Positions 26,695 to 41,146 are shown, numbered from the stretch's first letter. The stretch is 64,000 bases of DNA from Trichosphaerium sp. ATCC 40318 (GCA_038496445.1 JALMLS010000321.1:164965-228964); one strand, 5' to 3'. The notes: a model not told the origin generated them from the sequence alone. Program-made: numbers and translations.

Positions 26695-27516
26695 ATGGCA
26701 CAAAAGAAGAAGCGCCATCAAGTTAAACAGGCATGCACTAATTGTAGGATTGCACACGCCGGTTGCTCAGAGACGCGCCCGTGCCCTCGGTGTATCTTAC
26801 ATGGCCTGTCGCACACATGCATGGACCGCCCAAGAAAAAAGAGGCGAACCAGGACCAGTCGTGAGTACTCCGAAAATACATACCCTAAGTGCTTTCAGTA
26901 GATAACGAGTACGGTGTAGATCAACCAGATTATTGGGAAGCAGCTGAAGGTATGCGGTACTGTGGCCAAGCGGGGTATATAGATGTGACCCCGCAAAGCT
27001 TTAACGTTTGTAAAACTGATTATTTGACAAAACATGTTCAAAATTACTTGTATTTTCAAAATCCTCACTCGAACACCAGATAATGGCGCTAATCAAACAA
27101 GTCGACGCGAAACAACAAGATTACCGCAAGCAAAACCAATACATCAACAGCGCGGTTCAAAACCACAACAACGGGTTAATCTTTCAGCAAACGGACAGTG
27201 GCGTCCTAACGAGTACATCACGGCGAGTATCCCTGTTCAACAACAGCCACCAGTTCGACCAAATACTTCTGAAAAATCGCGATTAACGCTATTGCTCCAG
27301 TCACTCAACGTTAAAATGGACCAAATACAGATTAATTTATACAATCATCACCTGCGATTGATGAAAGTGGAGGAATCACAGCGTGCTGCTAAGGGCTTTG
27401 ACGCCAATGCTTATGTAGGTGATGACTTGAAGTACGAACAACCTCAACACAATGGGTATGCAACCGCACCTTCGACGTGGGTAGAACCCGCGGATGCGTC
27501 AATGTACAAGTACTAA
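26695..27516 (+). CDS. Zn(II)2Cys6 binuclear-cluster transcription factor, 3 exons
   Basis: ACTNCRIAHAGCSETRPCPRCILHGLSHTCMD flanked by basic residues; the spacing resembles fungal Ert1/Rds2/AcuK-type clusters. Confidence 0.85.
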
Positions 27517-27811
27517 TCGAGTGCAATATCGATTGGAAGGAAAAAGAACAAAAAGCATAACAAAAAGGACAAAAAAAACCCCAAAAACCTAATCTTCCAT
27601 TATATCACGTGCAAAGCGGTCAAATAAACTGCCAGCATAAAAGCCGAAAGCTATGTAACGGCCCTCTGTTTAGTTTTTTTTCAAAAATGTTGTTGACATA
27701 AGTACCTTTTTTTCGTAAGTTTGCTCATTTAGTACAAACCAAAAAAAATAATCCACGTCATACTTGGGGTGCAAATTAATCAAAAAATGTTGTGCGTGTA
27801 ATGTTGGGGCA

Positions 27812-29988
27812 ATGTCGGCTTTAAAGGTCACTCGAGAATCCTTGAGCCCAGGGAGCGAGCATGCAGGTGAGCGTAATTTGTTTTAGCGAGTACTAACGTT
27901 ACTTTCGGTCATTTATGGAAAAAAGGTGGCGAAAAGGCTCGCAAGGCATGGAAACTGCGTTATATGGTGTTAAAGGAAGGAAAATTATACTATTTCAAAA
28001 ATAAGGTGAGAAACCATACTGTACCGCTGTGTGCGTATTAATTCAGTGTAGGAGCTTGCAGGTCAAGTTGTACTGTATTTGTACGATACTACAATTGTTG
28101 AAACGCACAAACGCGAGCATGCGTTTCGTATATTCTCTCTGCGTAATACAGCCATAAGGTACATACAAAAGTTTGTAGTGGTGATTAATGAAATTCAGGC
28201 CATACGTATTTTCAGCAGCAACAAAAAGTGACATGGAGGTATGTACAACCAAGGCCAGACTGTAGTTGCAATATGAAACTTACTGTGCTAGGCGTGGATG
28301 TCACTAATGCAGAAGCACTTTAGTGCAAATAACACGCTTCAAAATCAACAAAACAACAAGAGCAAGCGCGTCATGTCCTTGTCGCCAGACAGTACAATTA
28401 ACTCCAGGCGGCTTGTATCATCCCAAGACAATAGACCAAAGTCGCTACCAGTGGGAGACGCACGTCAAATTATAACTGACAGGAAGATATATCGAGCACA
28501 GTTCGACTACCAGAGTTGTAGAGACCAGGAGCTCTCTTTTACAAAAGGAGAGCTAATATGTGTTGTAACACATGACAAGAGCGGTTGGTGGACTGGATAT
28601 AGCCTTGATGACTCAACAAAGGGACTTGGCGTTGTACCAAACAACTACCTTGTACTTAGCTCGTTGTCACCTGGCCGCACGTCTATGGCACCTTTACTAC
28701 GCTCACCTGGAAAATCCAGGTCTGTAGATGGCTCAAACCCTAGCAAGTTACGTGCAAAGCGTATCCACTCGATAGTACCTCTTGGCAAAGCCAGTACGTA
28801 GTTTGCAGATATTATTGCTTTTTTATGTAAGGTGCTTATTGCTTGTGGTAGAAGCAGCGTCATCTCCAGGAATTAATGTTCCTGATTTCACAAATGGCCG
28901 TAATTTCATTACAGAGATAACAATATGTAAACCTATCGTTCCTCTTACTCCAACAAAGACGCCAACAAAGAAGGACCAGCAGTATGCGACGTCGCCTGGC
29001 CGTCTTGGAAAAAAAAGCAAACGCAAGTCAAAGAAGGTGCGGTCGCACACAGTAGGTCCAGACACTGGATCTTTATCACCACAGAGGACAAGAGTCCATA
29101 CGACTGGCGTCAGCGCTAGTAGCCCGCTAAACAGCACACGGGAAAGTGTGGATGACATTACAAAGCGTTGGAACCTCAAAGCAAAGGCTTATGAGGAAGA
29201 GCGCATGATTTGGCAACGAAGCATGGACATTCAACATCATCAAAAGATACAAAGGCTTCAGGACGAGTTGGAGAAAAAACTTCACGATGCACTCAAGAAT
29301 AATCCTCACACTATGACTTATATCACTTGCATCTATACGCCGCTCATGGCTATACTCAGCCAAGATTACGTCAAACGAATGGACGTACGTGGTATTCAAA
29401 ACAAGCTTTCCTGATTAGTTGCACGCAACCATTGTTTGTTCAACATTCCACTTTAGGATCTTCGGCAGTTGGTATCGGATAAAGTGATGCAATCTCAATT
29501 CGACTTGAATCAAATCATTCAGATACTTCAAAACAAGCCAGAAACAATGAAAGAGGATATAGACAACTACTTTACTCAAAAGAGAAAACAAATAGAGGAG
29601 CATTACGCAAAATCCGTTCAGGTATGCTTCATCCGTCAGTATTTGAATATTAAAACAATTGAATTAGAGTATCACAGACAGGTCTATGCTTCAAATGAAG
29701 ACAATTAAAGCAGAAATGGCGGCCACAATTGAGGAAGGCGAAATGGCAAGTTTGGATACCCTCAGTCAGGCTACTACATGTACAGCACCAACAAAGGTAC
29801 CCAAACTGTGGTTCTTTGCAACACTAAGCGAAATGGATTAGGACCAAATAGTAGACAAGTATGAGCTACGCTTGGCACTCCTCCAAACAGTAGATCGTCA
29901 GACTTTAGGCTGTCTGGAACGATTTTATGATTCTAATATAAAGGACATTGCAGGTGACGTCCAGTTCGTGAAGGAATGGATAGCTTGA
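27812..29988 (+). CDS. PH + SH3 domain signalling adaptor with C-terminal coiled-coil
   Basis: PH: GHLWKKGGEKARKAWKLRYMVLKEGKLYYFK...YVFSAATKSDMEAWMSLMQ; SH3: YRAQFDYQSCRDQELSFTKGELI...SGWWTG...GVVPNNYL. Confidence 0.88.
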
Positions 29989-30073
29989 ATGAATGTTCAA
30001 CAATTGTACAATAAAAAAATTACAAAAAAATGGAATGTACACGAAAAGTGGTTATTTATAGTACAGCAGGGTA

Positions 30074-32113
30074 TCACGTGTGTCGTCCATGTTTTTCTCT
30101 GTGTTCTCGCATTCGTCTGCGTCTAGGTACTCGCTTAACTTTAATACCCAATCGCGATTCCCATGGCATCAATGGCTTCCTAACGAAAACGCGACATTTT
30201 TCATGATAGTGTGGTTTTATCACAAATCTTCCAGCTCCAGTGATCTACAAAGTTTTGTGTTAATGACTACAAAAGATGTACATTAATTGTGTATGTACCG
30301 ACACCCATCCGAAACCAGAGAAGACGAGATCGACGAATGCTTCCTTCCAACTTTTGTCGTTTGTCAGCTCTATATTTGGTTTTGGGACCATGTAAGGATA
30401 TTCGCCTTCTCGCGAATCCTCGTGAACAGGAAACATATCATTCTCATCCGGCCTGGTAAGAGGTGGTACTAACATGTCTCCAGCTTGATTGCGGTAGAGC
30501 TCGTCAGCGCGTAATGTTGACGTTTTGTGCAGTTTTACACCAGCCCCAAAAAAAGTTGTGAAATAGGCCATATCCGGTCCATCAATATAATCCAGACGTC
30601 CCAGTCCACCCAAGAAAATGGATGTCCCTTTTGATATTCGGAATACCTCAGGTCTCACTTTGTTAGTTGGGCATATTGCCTTGATTTCGCTGACAGTGAG
30701 GTAGTTGAATATTTGATGATCGTTAAATAGTCCTGGCGTATCGTAACTGCAAACAAGGTTTAGTGCCAATGTCAACTCGTGGTATCGTACAGGAAGCCTG
30801 TTTTGCCTATCGGAAATGACACAAGCTCTAGAGTAGTGCCAGGTACGCGAGATGTAGTGAGTCTATTGCTCTCTTCTTCTTTTTTGACGGCATCATCATC
30901 ATCTTCAGCTTTGTCATTCTTCAGTTTGGGTTTGCGTTTGAACAAGTCGAGCAGCTTGTTAACAAATGTAGATTTACCTAGGTATCAAGGGTTATGATCA
31001 AATGTTAAAAGCAGGAGCTGTCATATCTCACCGACGTTAGTGGCTCCAACTAAGAAGACAGGGCGGTCTGGTTTTCCCTTACGCCGTTGTAACTTTGCAA
31101 TGCGTTCAGCCAGCTCTTTCACACCCTGACTATTTGTACAGTTAATGTCATACAACTTGTATCGAGGTTGTTATTTTTTAGTACCCGCTAGCGGCACTAA
31201 TGAGATGGATACCCAACGGATCTAAATTGCCAGCCTAGGCAAATGAGTGAATACAACTAGGAGAAGTATAGGTGTTGCATACTCGTGATATTGAACCACG
31301 GAGCCACTCAAGCACACGTTGTTCTCCGGCACCACGTGGTAGTAAATCTACCTTGTTGGCAACCAATATAACAGGATTAGTACCAACAACTGAACCCAAG
31401 TCTTGCAATAACGATCCGTTAAAATCAAAAATGTCAACTATGTTGATGATAATCGCGTTTTTTTGCCCAATTTGGCGGATTTGTTCTGCAAACTTTTGTT
31501 TGTCAATAGAGAATGGCGTCGCTTGACCATTGTTGCGCAAACTACAGGCGTTCATTTCTCTAATAAAAAAGTATATAAAACGTACTTGTGACACCTTTGG
31601 CATACTATTGCATATTTTCTCGTTTGAAACGTTGGTGGGAAGTAACCTACGCGTATTGTTACCTTACAATATAATTAGATAGCGTACCAACTGTTTTCGG
31701 TTTGTCACATTGCAATTTCACGCCACACCCTTTGATTATCAGTACACGAAGCTAAAAACACGGCAGGCGAACGTACCGCCGCATGTTCGGCCAATGAACT
31801 TATTTATTACTTCGGTGTTGTGTTTCGTAAGCTCGTCCTCGTCCCTGATATAGTTAGCGTGAAAAACCGCGTGTGCGTACCCTTTAAGCACAATTGGGTT
31901 GATTTCACTTTTTTCTTCGTCTGTAACTAGCTCACTGACGGACGTGGAATACCGCCAATGGCAATGAGGCAGTATGTTAACGTATCCACCGTGTTTTGTG
32001 ACAGCCGATGCTCGAGTAACACGAGAAGCGTTTAAACGAGGTATGCGCCGAGTCTTATGGCGTACAGGAGCGATGCGAGCCGCTGTTACAATCCTTGTTC
32101 CTTTAAGAAGCAT
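30074..32113 (-). CDS. NOA1: Circularly permuted GTPase, NOA1/YqeH/Mtg3 family, probably mitochondrial
   Basis: Presequence-like start; CGGCG..LQ and VCQRCH zinc finger; IVDIFDFNGS, ANKVDLLP (G4), VGATNVGKST (G1), SRVPGTTL (G2), DTPG (G3), IFLGGLGRLD, GFGWVSI. Confidence 0.9.
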
Positions 32114-32255
32114 GTAGGCGTAATTATGCCATACTCACGAAAGGGCGCGTGTTGTAGGTATTGGTTTTAAACTAGTTGAGCATGTTTGACTTTGAAAACA
32201 GCTTTTTGAAAACTATAACACATTAACTGGCAACTGCCACAGGCAGGACTTCACT

Positions 32256-35200
32256 ATGGAGTTGTTAAAGAGTTTAGACAACTTGACAACGTGTAAACTC
32301 GAAAGTAATGATACAGAGGAGGACCGCGCGTCAAAATTGCGTGCTATTCATGTAGTAGATGAACAGCTCCTATCCTCAGAAGTTAGGTACAGTACAGTTC
32401 AGTTTTAATTTTAAAGCTCAAATAACACTCAGAAACACTATGAACTTTCGTCGCATCCTATGTTGTGGTATATCAGCGCTTATGCGCATGTTGGGTGACG
32501 CTGACATGAACGTCTGGAGTTTGGCTGAACAGGTGTTAAACAAAGTAGTGAAGGTATATTGGGTGTCCTACAGCGCCAAAAAAATTGTTTAACGTCACAT
32601 GTAACAGCTTTAATTTACAAATGCGCTTTAGGCCATGGCAAAAGAACAGGTCGACTATATTGTCATAGAACTGTACAAAGGAATGAAAAACGCTGGAGGT
32701 AGACTGTCAGGTCGTGGTCAACGTGTCGCAATCGTTCTTTTTGGACAGACAATACAGTATCTTAAACCCTCCAAGTGTAGAAAGCTCGGACAAGGCCTTT
32801 TTGGTGTATTAGAACCAGTTCTTGAACAAAAAGACGACATTCTACTGTTGGAGCACATTGGCACGAATTTTGGAGCCATTGCCAACCATATTGGCATCTA
32901 CCTCAATTCAAAGGAGGCATCACACTTGACGGAGCTATTTAGTGTGCTTTTACTACACAGACAAGGCTCAGTGCGACGTTCGGGTGCACGTGCGATCGTG
33001 AGGTACACGTTGAAAGCGATTGGCTTTGTCAGTATTTTAAAACTATATCAAACTACAGAGATTGCTCACACCCAATTATAGCATCATTGGCGTCTTTCCT
33101 GCGCTTATATTTGACGTAGTACAGCGTCTCAAAGTGCTATCAAGCGACGACATTGTAAGTTCTAGATAGAAAACTATCTGTGACCAATTTTGTTAGGCGC
33201 AAGCTTCAAATCAACAAATGGCACCTTCATTCGTGAACGATGATGATAAAATCCCAAACACCACTTACATTGGCATATTGACGGTCATTTGGGAAATGAT
33301 GAAACATGACCGAGGTGGTCTCGGTGACGCGACTGACGATGCTGTTTTTTACACTATATTTGATAGAAATGCTTTGCGTTCTCACATTGCCTGGTTTTCT
33401 GATTTGGCGATACAATGGTGCCAACTTTTTTTTTTAGTTGCACTCACTCACATAAATACAACGTAGTGCTATGACCAGTGTCGATAATAATCTTCTTGTC
33501 GCTGGTCTAGAAGTGATGCGCGATGCATTTGGTTGTTATCATGATCAACTAGCGCTCTACTGGGCACCAAAGCAGTTTTCTGACCAAAGTATAAATGCAA
33601 TATCAACGTTACTTGATTCTAATAGTTGTAGTGATGGCGTGCCTAAAGAGATTCGAAGCCATGTTGTTCGGCGATGTGGAAGTGCGAACATCAGTGAAAG
33701 TTCTGGTGATTGCCAACATGATTGAGATTGTAAAGAACGCAAAACCAGGTACGTAATACACTGAAACGTACATGGATTTGGCTGATTTTTATAAGGTTCT
33801 GCTGTTATGAAGTGGTTTCAAGAGCGTGGTGCACAACTATATGAGTTACTTTCTAACGTATCGGATCCTCATTTGAAGGGACAAGTAGCGATATTGATAG
33901 GCAATATATGTACCTACAACAGGCATATGTAAAGGCTAACTGACACGTGACTTAGGTGCTCTTATATGTAGAGAAGGATCTCAGGACACGTGGGGCATAT
34001 CAGTTGTTGATGCTGTTGATGCTCTCCTTCATGTATGTATATTCATGAAGTTGTTGAGAGGGCGCACCATTAATTGTATTTCTATAGTTAGTATTATCAA
34101 AACACTCTTCAATGACAGGTAAGATGGCTGCAAAAGCGTTTCAAACACCTATAAATGCCATGTATTCAAGGTACGTTGTCTGGTGAGGTATAGCAGTTGA
34201 TAACAGGATTTTATAGCCCTTGGATGTTCTATGTGATTGTCATCATACAACAGCTTTTGGTTCTTCCAAAGGATGCCCCATTACTTGTAAAATGCGAAGT
34301 ACGCAATTGTTACACAAGATATTGTCCACTCTACATAAAATTTATTCGGAATCTGTAGGTACTCGAACTATTTTCAAACCTGAATTGGGAGCAAGTTGGC
34401 TTTATAGAAGATCAACTCTACTTATTGACTGAAACCTCTTCTTCTGACGAATTGCGCGCAAACGTGTTGATTGTACGTTGTTGTAGATGCTTTCATTAAT
34501 AATGATATTTGATCTCATGTGATCTTAGCCAGAGCACATCATCTATAGAAGTAGAAACGGAAGTTTACAACGCAAAGCATTTCAATTCATAGTCGACAAG
34601 CTTGGTGATAATGACAGGAAAATACGCGGTGAAGCAGCTAAAGCCATTGTCAAAGCGCTGTCAAATGTGGATCAACGACCTTTCTTCTCACGCTCCAACG
34701 TTTGCCTTTCTCGCCAGGCTTCCTTTGTCAGTAGATTTTTCACACTTGATAAAACTGCAGAAGATGAAACGAGCATGAGAAGCAAATTGAACTACTTGCT
34801 CACACTTCTTGCTCCTAGTTTGAACAAGCCTCAAAGCAATATGTTAAAAGGTGTATTTCGCATGCTCAGTCACTTGGGTCAGTCCAACCTAGGATCTGCT
34901 CTAGCACGCCTCTTGGTGCCTATAGTACTAGATCACGTGTCATGTGCTGTGGGTGTGCTTGACCTTGACTGTCAACTTGACATCTTGAAGGTATTGTAAA
35001 TACTTTGTTGGTGAAAGTGACTAATCTTCCATGTAAATAGATGATGACTGAGTGCGTGTCCTACTTGCATGGCGATTTAGCGAACCACAGACGACTTGTC
35101 TTGGTACATATTTTGCGTATTCTAAACGTCTTGTCGAATGTTCGAGCTGGAAAGTCACCTCCATTGTTCCGGGAGCGCACATCGTCATCTAGTACTGAAA

Positions 35201-38200
35201 GTGGAGTCGGTGGCGTTATTCACGAGCCAATATATTTGCAACTATGGGAGAGGCTGAAATCTACTTACAGCCTAGGTCGTGTACGTACTCGGCATAGTCA
35301 TATTTCAAACTTTGACTAACAACTACAAGGCATCTCTGTCAAAGAATTTGTACGACAAAATGCTAGAATCTGTATTCCAGGTGCGTTTGTCTTACCTGAA
35401 CACACTACGATTGACATTTTATCCATAGGCATTGTGGCATACTATAAAGGCTATGGGCGCCCACATTGTGCCTTATAGTGAAGAAATCTTACGGTATATT
35501 GGTCAACACCTTGATGCTGGTATAACATTTGTGCCTTTGTGCATATCCGAATTATTTTCTCGTGTATACCACGGTGTGCAAACCCCTGACCCATTCCCTA
35601 CCGATGAAAATGTACCTGCTCCAGAAAAGAGTATGTTTAGCTGAATTTCTAATACACAGCGCTAACTGTACCAATCTAGAGTCAATTTTATCAGTTGTAA
35701 CGTCAACTCCTCTTTTCTTTGAAGTAGAAGATGATGAAACCGATTATGTATTGTCATTTGTACACAATCAAAAAGCACCTCAAAATCCTAGGAACAGTTT
35801 AAAGAGGCTCTTTGAACCGATAGGTACGTGTTTGATTTAATGCATGTCAGAGTGTTGACTAACCTCTGTTCCACTTAGTGATTTCTCAAATCAAAAAATA
35901 TCTTATAAGTCAAGACTTGCGCCTACAAGAGAGCATATTACAAATGTTGTCCTGTCTATTGCACATGAGAGTCAGCATGGAAGGCCTCGATCGCGATGGT
36001 ACAATGGTTGAAGAAGTGTTACGCAGTTTGACTAGCAATATTCGCGGTTCTTCAGTTCCTATTGCTCAGTTTGCATTTTTAATAACGCTCGTGGCTGCTC
36101 AGGTAAGTCTTATCCATTCAATACATTGACGAGTTTCTGACTGTGTGTCTAAAGGAGCTTCTCATGGGCAAACCCACTGAGGAACGTGTTGGTCTAGATA
36201 TTCTAAAGACACAGCTCGATGCAGCTTTTTATAACTGGGGTCAGCAGGAGTTTTTTAGATCGTTCCTTCACTTTACAGAGACACTATTTGGATGTATTCC
36301 CGACTCACGATTAACTGATACAATTGTTGATTTACAAGGAGCGCTATTCGATAAGCTAATAGAGCGATTGCCTCACCCTCACGCAGCAGCACTAATTACT
36401 ACAGTATTGGAGCTCACAACAGATGAAAAGGTGGCTCAAACGCGGAGTATGCGAGCCCTGTCACACCTTGTCAACTTACACTCGCCAAATTATAATCCTT
36501 TCTTACTGGCATTCCATCACGATAACAGCTTCAAGCCTTGGCTCAATATTTATAAGCTTGTCAAAACCGGATTTGAGAAGCTACACAACGGTGTAACTCA
36601 AAATTTTTACGATGAGATCCTAGAACGTGTTGAACAGATAGTTGAAACTAAAGAGCTTATACCATCAAATGGTTATCTACCTCATCTACTTGTTGTACGT
36701 GCATGACTGCAATCACTTTTTATTAAAAGTGACCATACTAACCTTTTTAAAAGGGTATGACCGACATTCTGTTGGCTGTAACCAAGATATCCACTGCTGA
36801 TGGATTTGAACCTCGTATTTCTCGCGTTGGAAAATTAATTATAAACGCGATGAAATGTGGTACTGACTACCTCCTTGAGAGACGCCAGGGATACAAGATT
36901 GGTGGAGCTATTTTGTATGGCCAACTAGCTCTTGTAGTTCGCCAATTAGCCAATAAGCTAGCATCCATTGACAAGGACACTGTGTTGCAAGTAATACGGA
37001 AGGAATTGTGCAACATCGAGGACGACCAATGGTACACAAAGGATGATGGCCTCACACAAGATGGTCAAATTCTATTGGATAGGCTCATAGGTACGGGACA
37101 CGGAACGCTTACGCAGTTTTTAAGTACGGAAAACTAGGCGCACCGAAAGAAGTACCAGTGGCGTTTCCACTTGTCTTGTTTGTTTCTCTTGTGATCGATC
37201 TTGGCATGGACAAACTGTACATGTGGATATTGCGAAGATCCTCTCAACAACCAACGTATGTGCACCTTATCAATACCTTCTTATTAACATACCTACAAGC
37301 AACTCATTCTCTTATGGATGGGCAACGCACCTCATCTCTAGTGTATTGCTGCTACAAGGTCAGCGCCTGTCGAGCAGTGATGTGGATTCTATGATACTAC
37401 ATAACAACGATCTGTACCCTACGCTTTTGTGCGTCACCACATCCAGGGCTTTTTTTATTTAAAGATCTAACACAATGTACAGCAAGAATGCGTTGCAACC
37501 AGAGTGTAAAGGTTGGTTTGATAGACTGCGCGCTGGAGAAGAATTTGAGCAAAAGATGGTGGACTACCTCAACTCTTGGCTCGATACAAACCCGCTGTGC
37601 ACTGATCGTACAGCACAACACGACATTACAAACGTATTGTCACTGCTACGACCAAGTGAACCAGTGGTACTCATCGTTTTCTCGATACTGAGCGGTACCT
37701 CCTTCTTTTCGGTAAGGTTAGCGGCAGAGCACTTTATCCTCGGTCTCCTCGAGCAATTCAAGATCACTCAAAGTTCGGAAGCATACATAGCTGGTAACCA
37801 ATAACGCTATTTTGATCTCTGCAGAGCTAACTAATGCATCTAGATGAAGTTTTAAAGGAGAATATAACTAAACACAAGAATAAATTCAGAAAATCCACCT
37901 TGGTATATTACCAAGCCTAAATGTTTGGCTCTAACTCATTGTTAGGAAAAACTTGTTGAAGAGAATTGGCTGGTTGAGACGAAGCAAGAAGTTGAATCAG
38001 ATCTGCTGACAACTGAGACGGAACTAACAAAACAAACTGACTTGAGGCAAACAGTAAGTGGCCAGTAATATCTTGAAAAGTGAAACGTACTAATGTGACT
38101 CTAGCGGTTACCAAGCAAGGTTGTACACCAATTTCGCCTAACCTTCTCATGTGGACTTGGCGGACCTCTGCTACAAAATGCCACCCCTGCCGAACTGCAC

Positions 38201-40992
38201 CCACAGGTCATAGCACTTGCACTAAATTCAAAGGACCCAATCGCAAAGGTACATACACCTTAGTTGGCGTGGTACTTACCTATGCAGGACGCTGTTCTAC
38301 CAGAGTTTATAAGTAGATTGGAGAATATCTCTAAGCACAACACACTGGCAAGAGGTCAATCAACCATCCATATAGCAAATGGGTTGTCTGCTTTATTAGA
38401 ACATTGGCCAGACTCTATAGCAGCTACTGGTACAAATTCAAAATAACTTTTCTGAATACATTCCCTCTATCTTATACCAAGTAGGTCCAGTAACATTGGA
38501 ACTTCTTGCAAGGTCGCAACTACACTAGTATCTACAGTGTGCATTCAACGTACTGCTCCTACTGACTTGATTACCATCGTTAACGTACTTGACCCACTCT
38601 CACGCTTTTTTTGGTTGTCACGTGACTTATTGCTATACTAGCTCGCCACCAACATTTTTAAACACACGAGCGGCCTAAAACGATTGGAGGAACATTACCC
38701 ACTTCTACAAACAGCTTTGCTGAACTTGTACTTGTCGAGGTTCAGTCAAAAAGGACGAGAAGCAATCAAAGTAGAGCCTGTAAAATCATTGTTGGCTGTA
38801 CTTCGCAGCGGGTGCGTTGTGTCCACACTTTTGCTTAAAGCTTACAACACATCAACTTAGAACGCTCGTTACTTGCGGAAAGCGATGGAATGGTAGCTGC
38901 TATTGGGCCATGGCTGACTTCGAGAGTATGTTGCGTGCATTTGCTTTGCAGCACATACAAGATCTGTATCCGTTCCAGGACACAATGATCAACTACGATA
39001 ACAACGACAACCCAGAAGAGATGGTATTAACGTTTGTGCGACTTGTATCGGGAGTTGGTTGGGGAAACCAAGCGGTGTATTATGACAAAGTACGTTGTTG
39101 TGCAATCTTTGTGAATGATTCTTAAACAAAGACTAATTTATGCCCTCAAGATATGGAACCAAATGTTTAACATTGTTAACGTGGATCCAACAAACGAGCA
39201 AGTGCTTTTTGCTACATCTGAACGCCTTCGGTGTATCGCGTCCAGAGCGTTGTTGTTACTCCTTAAGGAAGCGCTACAACATCGGTTAGATGCTAAAACA
39301 AAGGCCAAGTCAACCGACGATGAAGATAAAACAGACAAGGAAGAACCTTCCGTAAAGTCTACGCCATATCACTTGCCTTTAAAGCACTTGAAAGATCAAT
39401 TGGTATGATGCCACTTCATGTTTTATATCCAGGCTTCTAATAACCGTCTAGACTCAAACCTGGGATGACGATGATCCTCTCCAATTGAAGACACGGATGG
39501 ATGCAATCATTGGACTTGCCGATCCGTTTATACGTGCTTATGGCGTTACCCAGTCACGAAAATACCTCATGTTGTGTATGTCTGCAACCACTCTTTATGT
39601 CTAAACAGTAGAGAACTAATGGCTTTAAAAAAATAGGCACAGAGATGATGAGAAACGTACTTGTATTAAGTGATTTCTTCAACGAAGACCACTTCCGTTG
39701 GATGCACAGCGCATTCTTCCGCATCATCGATACAGAATTTGTGTTTGATGAAATAGCCCACACTCTGGCTATTATTGGTATCTCGAAAGCAGAATCGATA
39801 CTAGGCTTGTATAAAAAGCAGGGAGACATATTAACCACAAGGCTATCAAGGTACGAGGGAAACTGAGTCACAATAAAATGCGACTTACAAAAGAGGTTAA
39901 AGGATATTGAGAAGGGGAGCACAGCACCAAAGCGTAACGCCTAGACTTGCAGTTGCAACTGGTGGTATCTATCTTTCTCAAGCAAGGCACCCAGTACGAT
40001 TCAATACACCGCCAGTACGCAAATGCAGTACCAATGTTGCATAGGTTGTGGTTCGATTGTTGGAAGATCCAGAATTTAGAGATTCGTTCCAACACGTGGG
40101 CAGAAGCCCATATTTTAGCAACCTTGCTTCGTCATTGCGCATGAACCTACACGACTACGAGTTGTGGCAAAAAGCAAATTCATCTGACTCCTCAAACTCT
40201 AAGGGAGGAGCAGGACCGCAAGTGTACGTTTGATACCAACATTCTTACATGTTATAATAATTACTGTGCGTAGTGACGATACACACATGCGCAAGCATGA
40301 AACTGTAAAGGCGCTATTTGCAAAAATAAGAAGTTCAGAATCAGCAGATGCTCAACGTATTGCTATTTCCTTACCACCGTTTTTGATAAACTCGTTTGAT
40401 ATCGAACAAATCATGTCCTTGGTGCTTCTTGAACTCACTAGATCTGGCGGTAGACTCATGGCCTATGTCTTATTGAAGGCGCGGACAAACGTTAAATGTG
40501 TGGCCTACCTCTAATGTGTATGCAGGTGTTCTCGATGCTACATGAAAAGGAAGGAGAAGATGCAAGAAAAGTGATCAAACAGTGGATCTTGATGTGCTTG
40601 GCAAATTTTGTAGCCTTAGAGGATCCATACGGATCTTGGGCGTTGGGTGTATTGTTCGCATCTGCTTCAACTTCGCCTCAGATAAAACTACTGTACGTGA
40701 TGTTTTACTTGATTGTTTGCTAAATGCTAGTAGCGGTCGTCACCTCCTCACCGAAATTTCGATAAAGGATGGAGCCTTGTACAGGTACAATATCACGGAA
40801 AAGCTCACGTGACTTACGCAAACTAGGGCGGCCATAGACTTTTTTAACAACAGTGGACTCTCACCAGAGAATAAAGCAGAGATGGCAACTACAATGACCA
40901 TGTTCAAACAACCCATTTGCAAGAAGATTGCTGCCTACTGTGCAGAACCTCCACCGTCCGAGTCTACGCCAACAGGCGACACTACTGAATAA
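32256..40992 (+). CDS. HTT: Huntingtin orthologue, multi-exon
   Basis: DADMNVWSLAEQVLNKVVKAM..IVIELYKGMK, LKPSKCR, NNLLVAGLEVM, EVRTSVKVLVI, DPHLKGQVAIL, LGDNDRKIRGEAAKAIV, KRLFEPIV, LVLSDFF, MAYVLLKVFSMLH...IKQWILMCLANF are collinear with human HTT segments as I recall them. Confidence 0.92.
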
Positions 40993-41146
40993 ATTGCCAG
41001 CATAATGTAATAGTACACTTGTTCACATCTTTTACAAATCAAGAACCTTGGTGCAACCAATAACTTTCCGATCTGAAACAAACACCCAAGAAAAGAATTG
41101 ACTTTTTACGTTATTTGTATTCACTAAGCCCTCAGATAGAACAAAC

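Noticed and set aside
33901-33955. Additional GC-AG intron in huntingtin
   Set aside because: An in-frame GT donor 9 nt downstream (33910) works equally well, so it was not counted.
27623-41005. 17/18 match AATAAA(C/T)TGCCAGCATAA at 27623 and 40988
   Set aside because: Only two instances in AT-rich DNA, one overlapping a stop codon; cannot be separated from chance without genome-wide counts.
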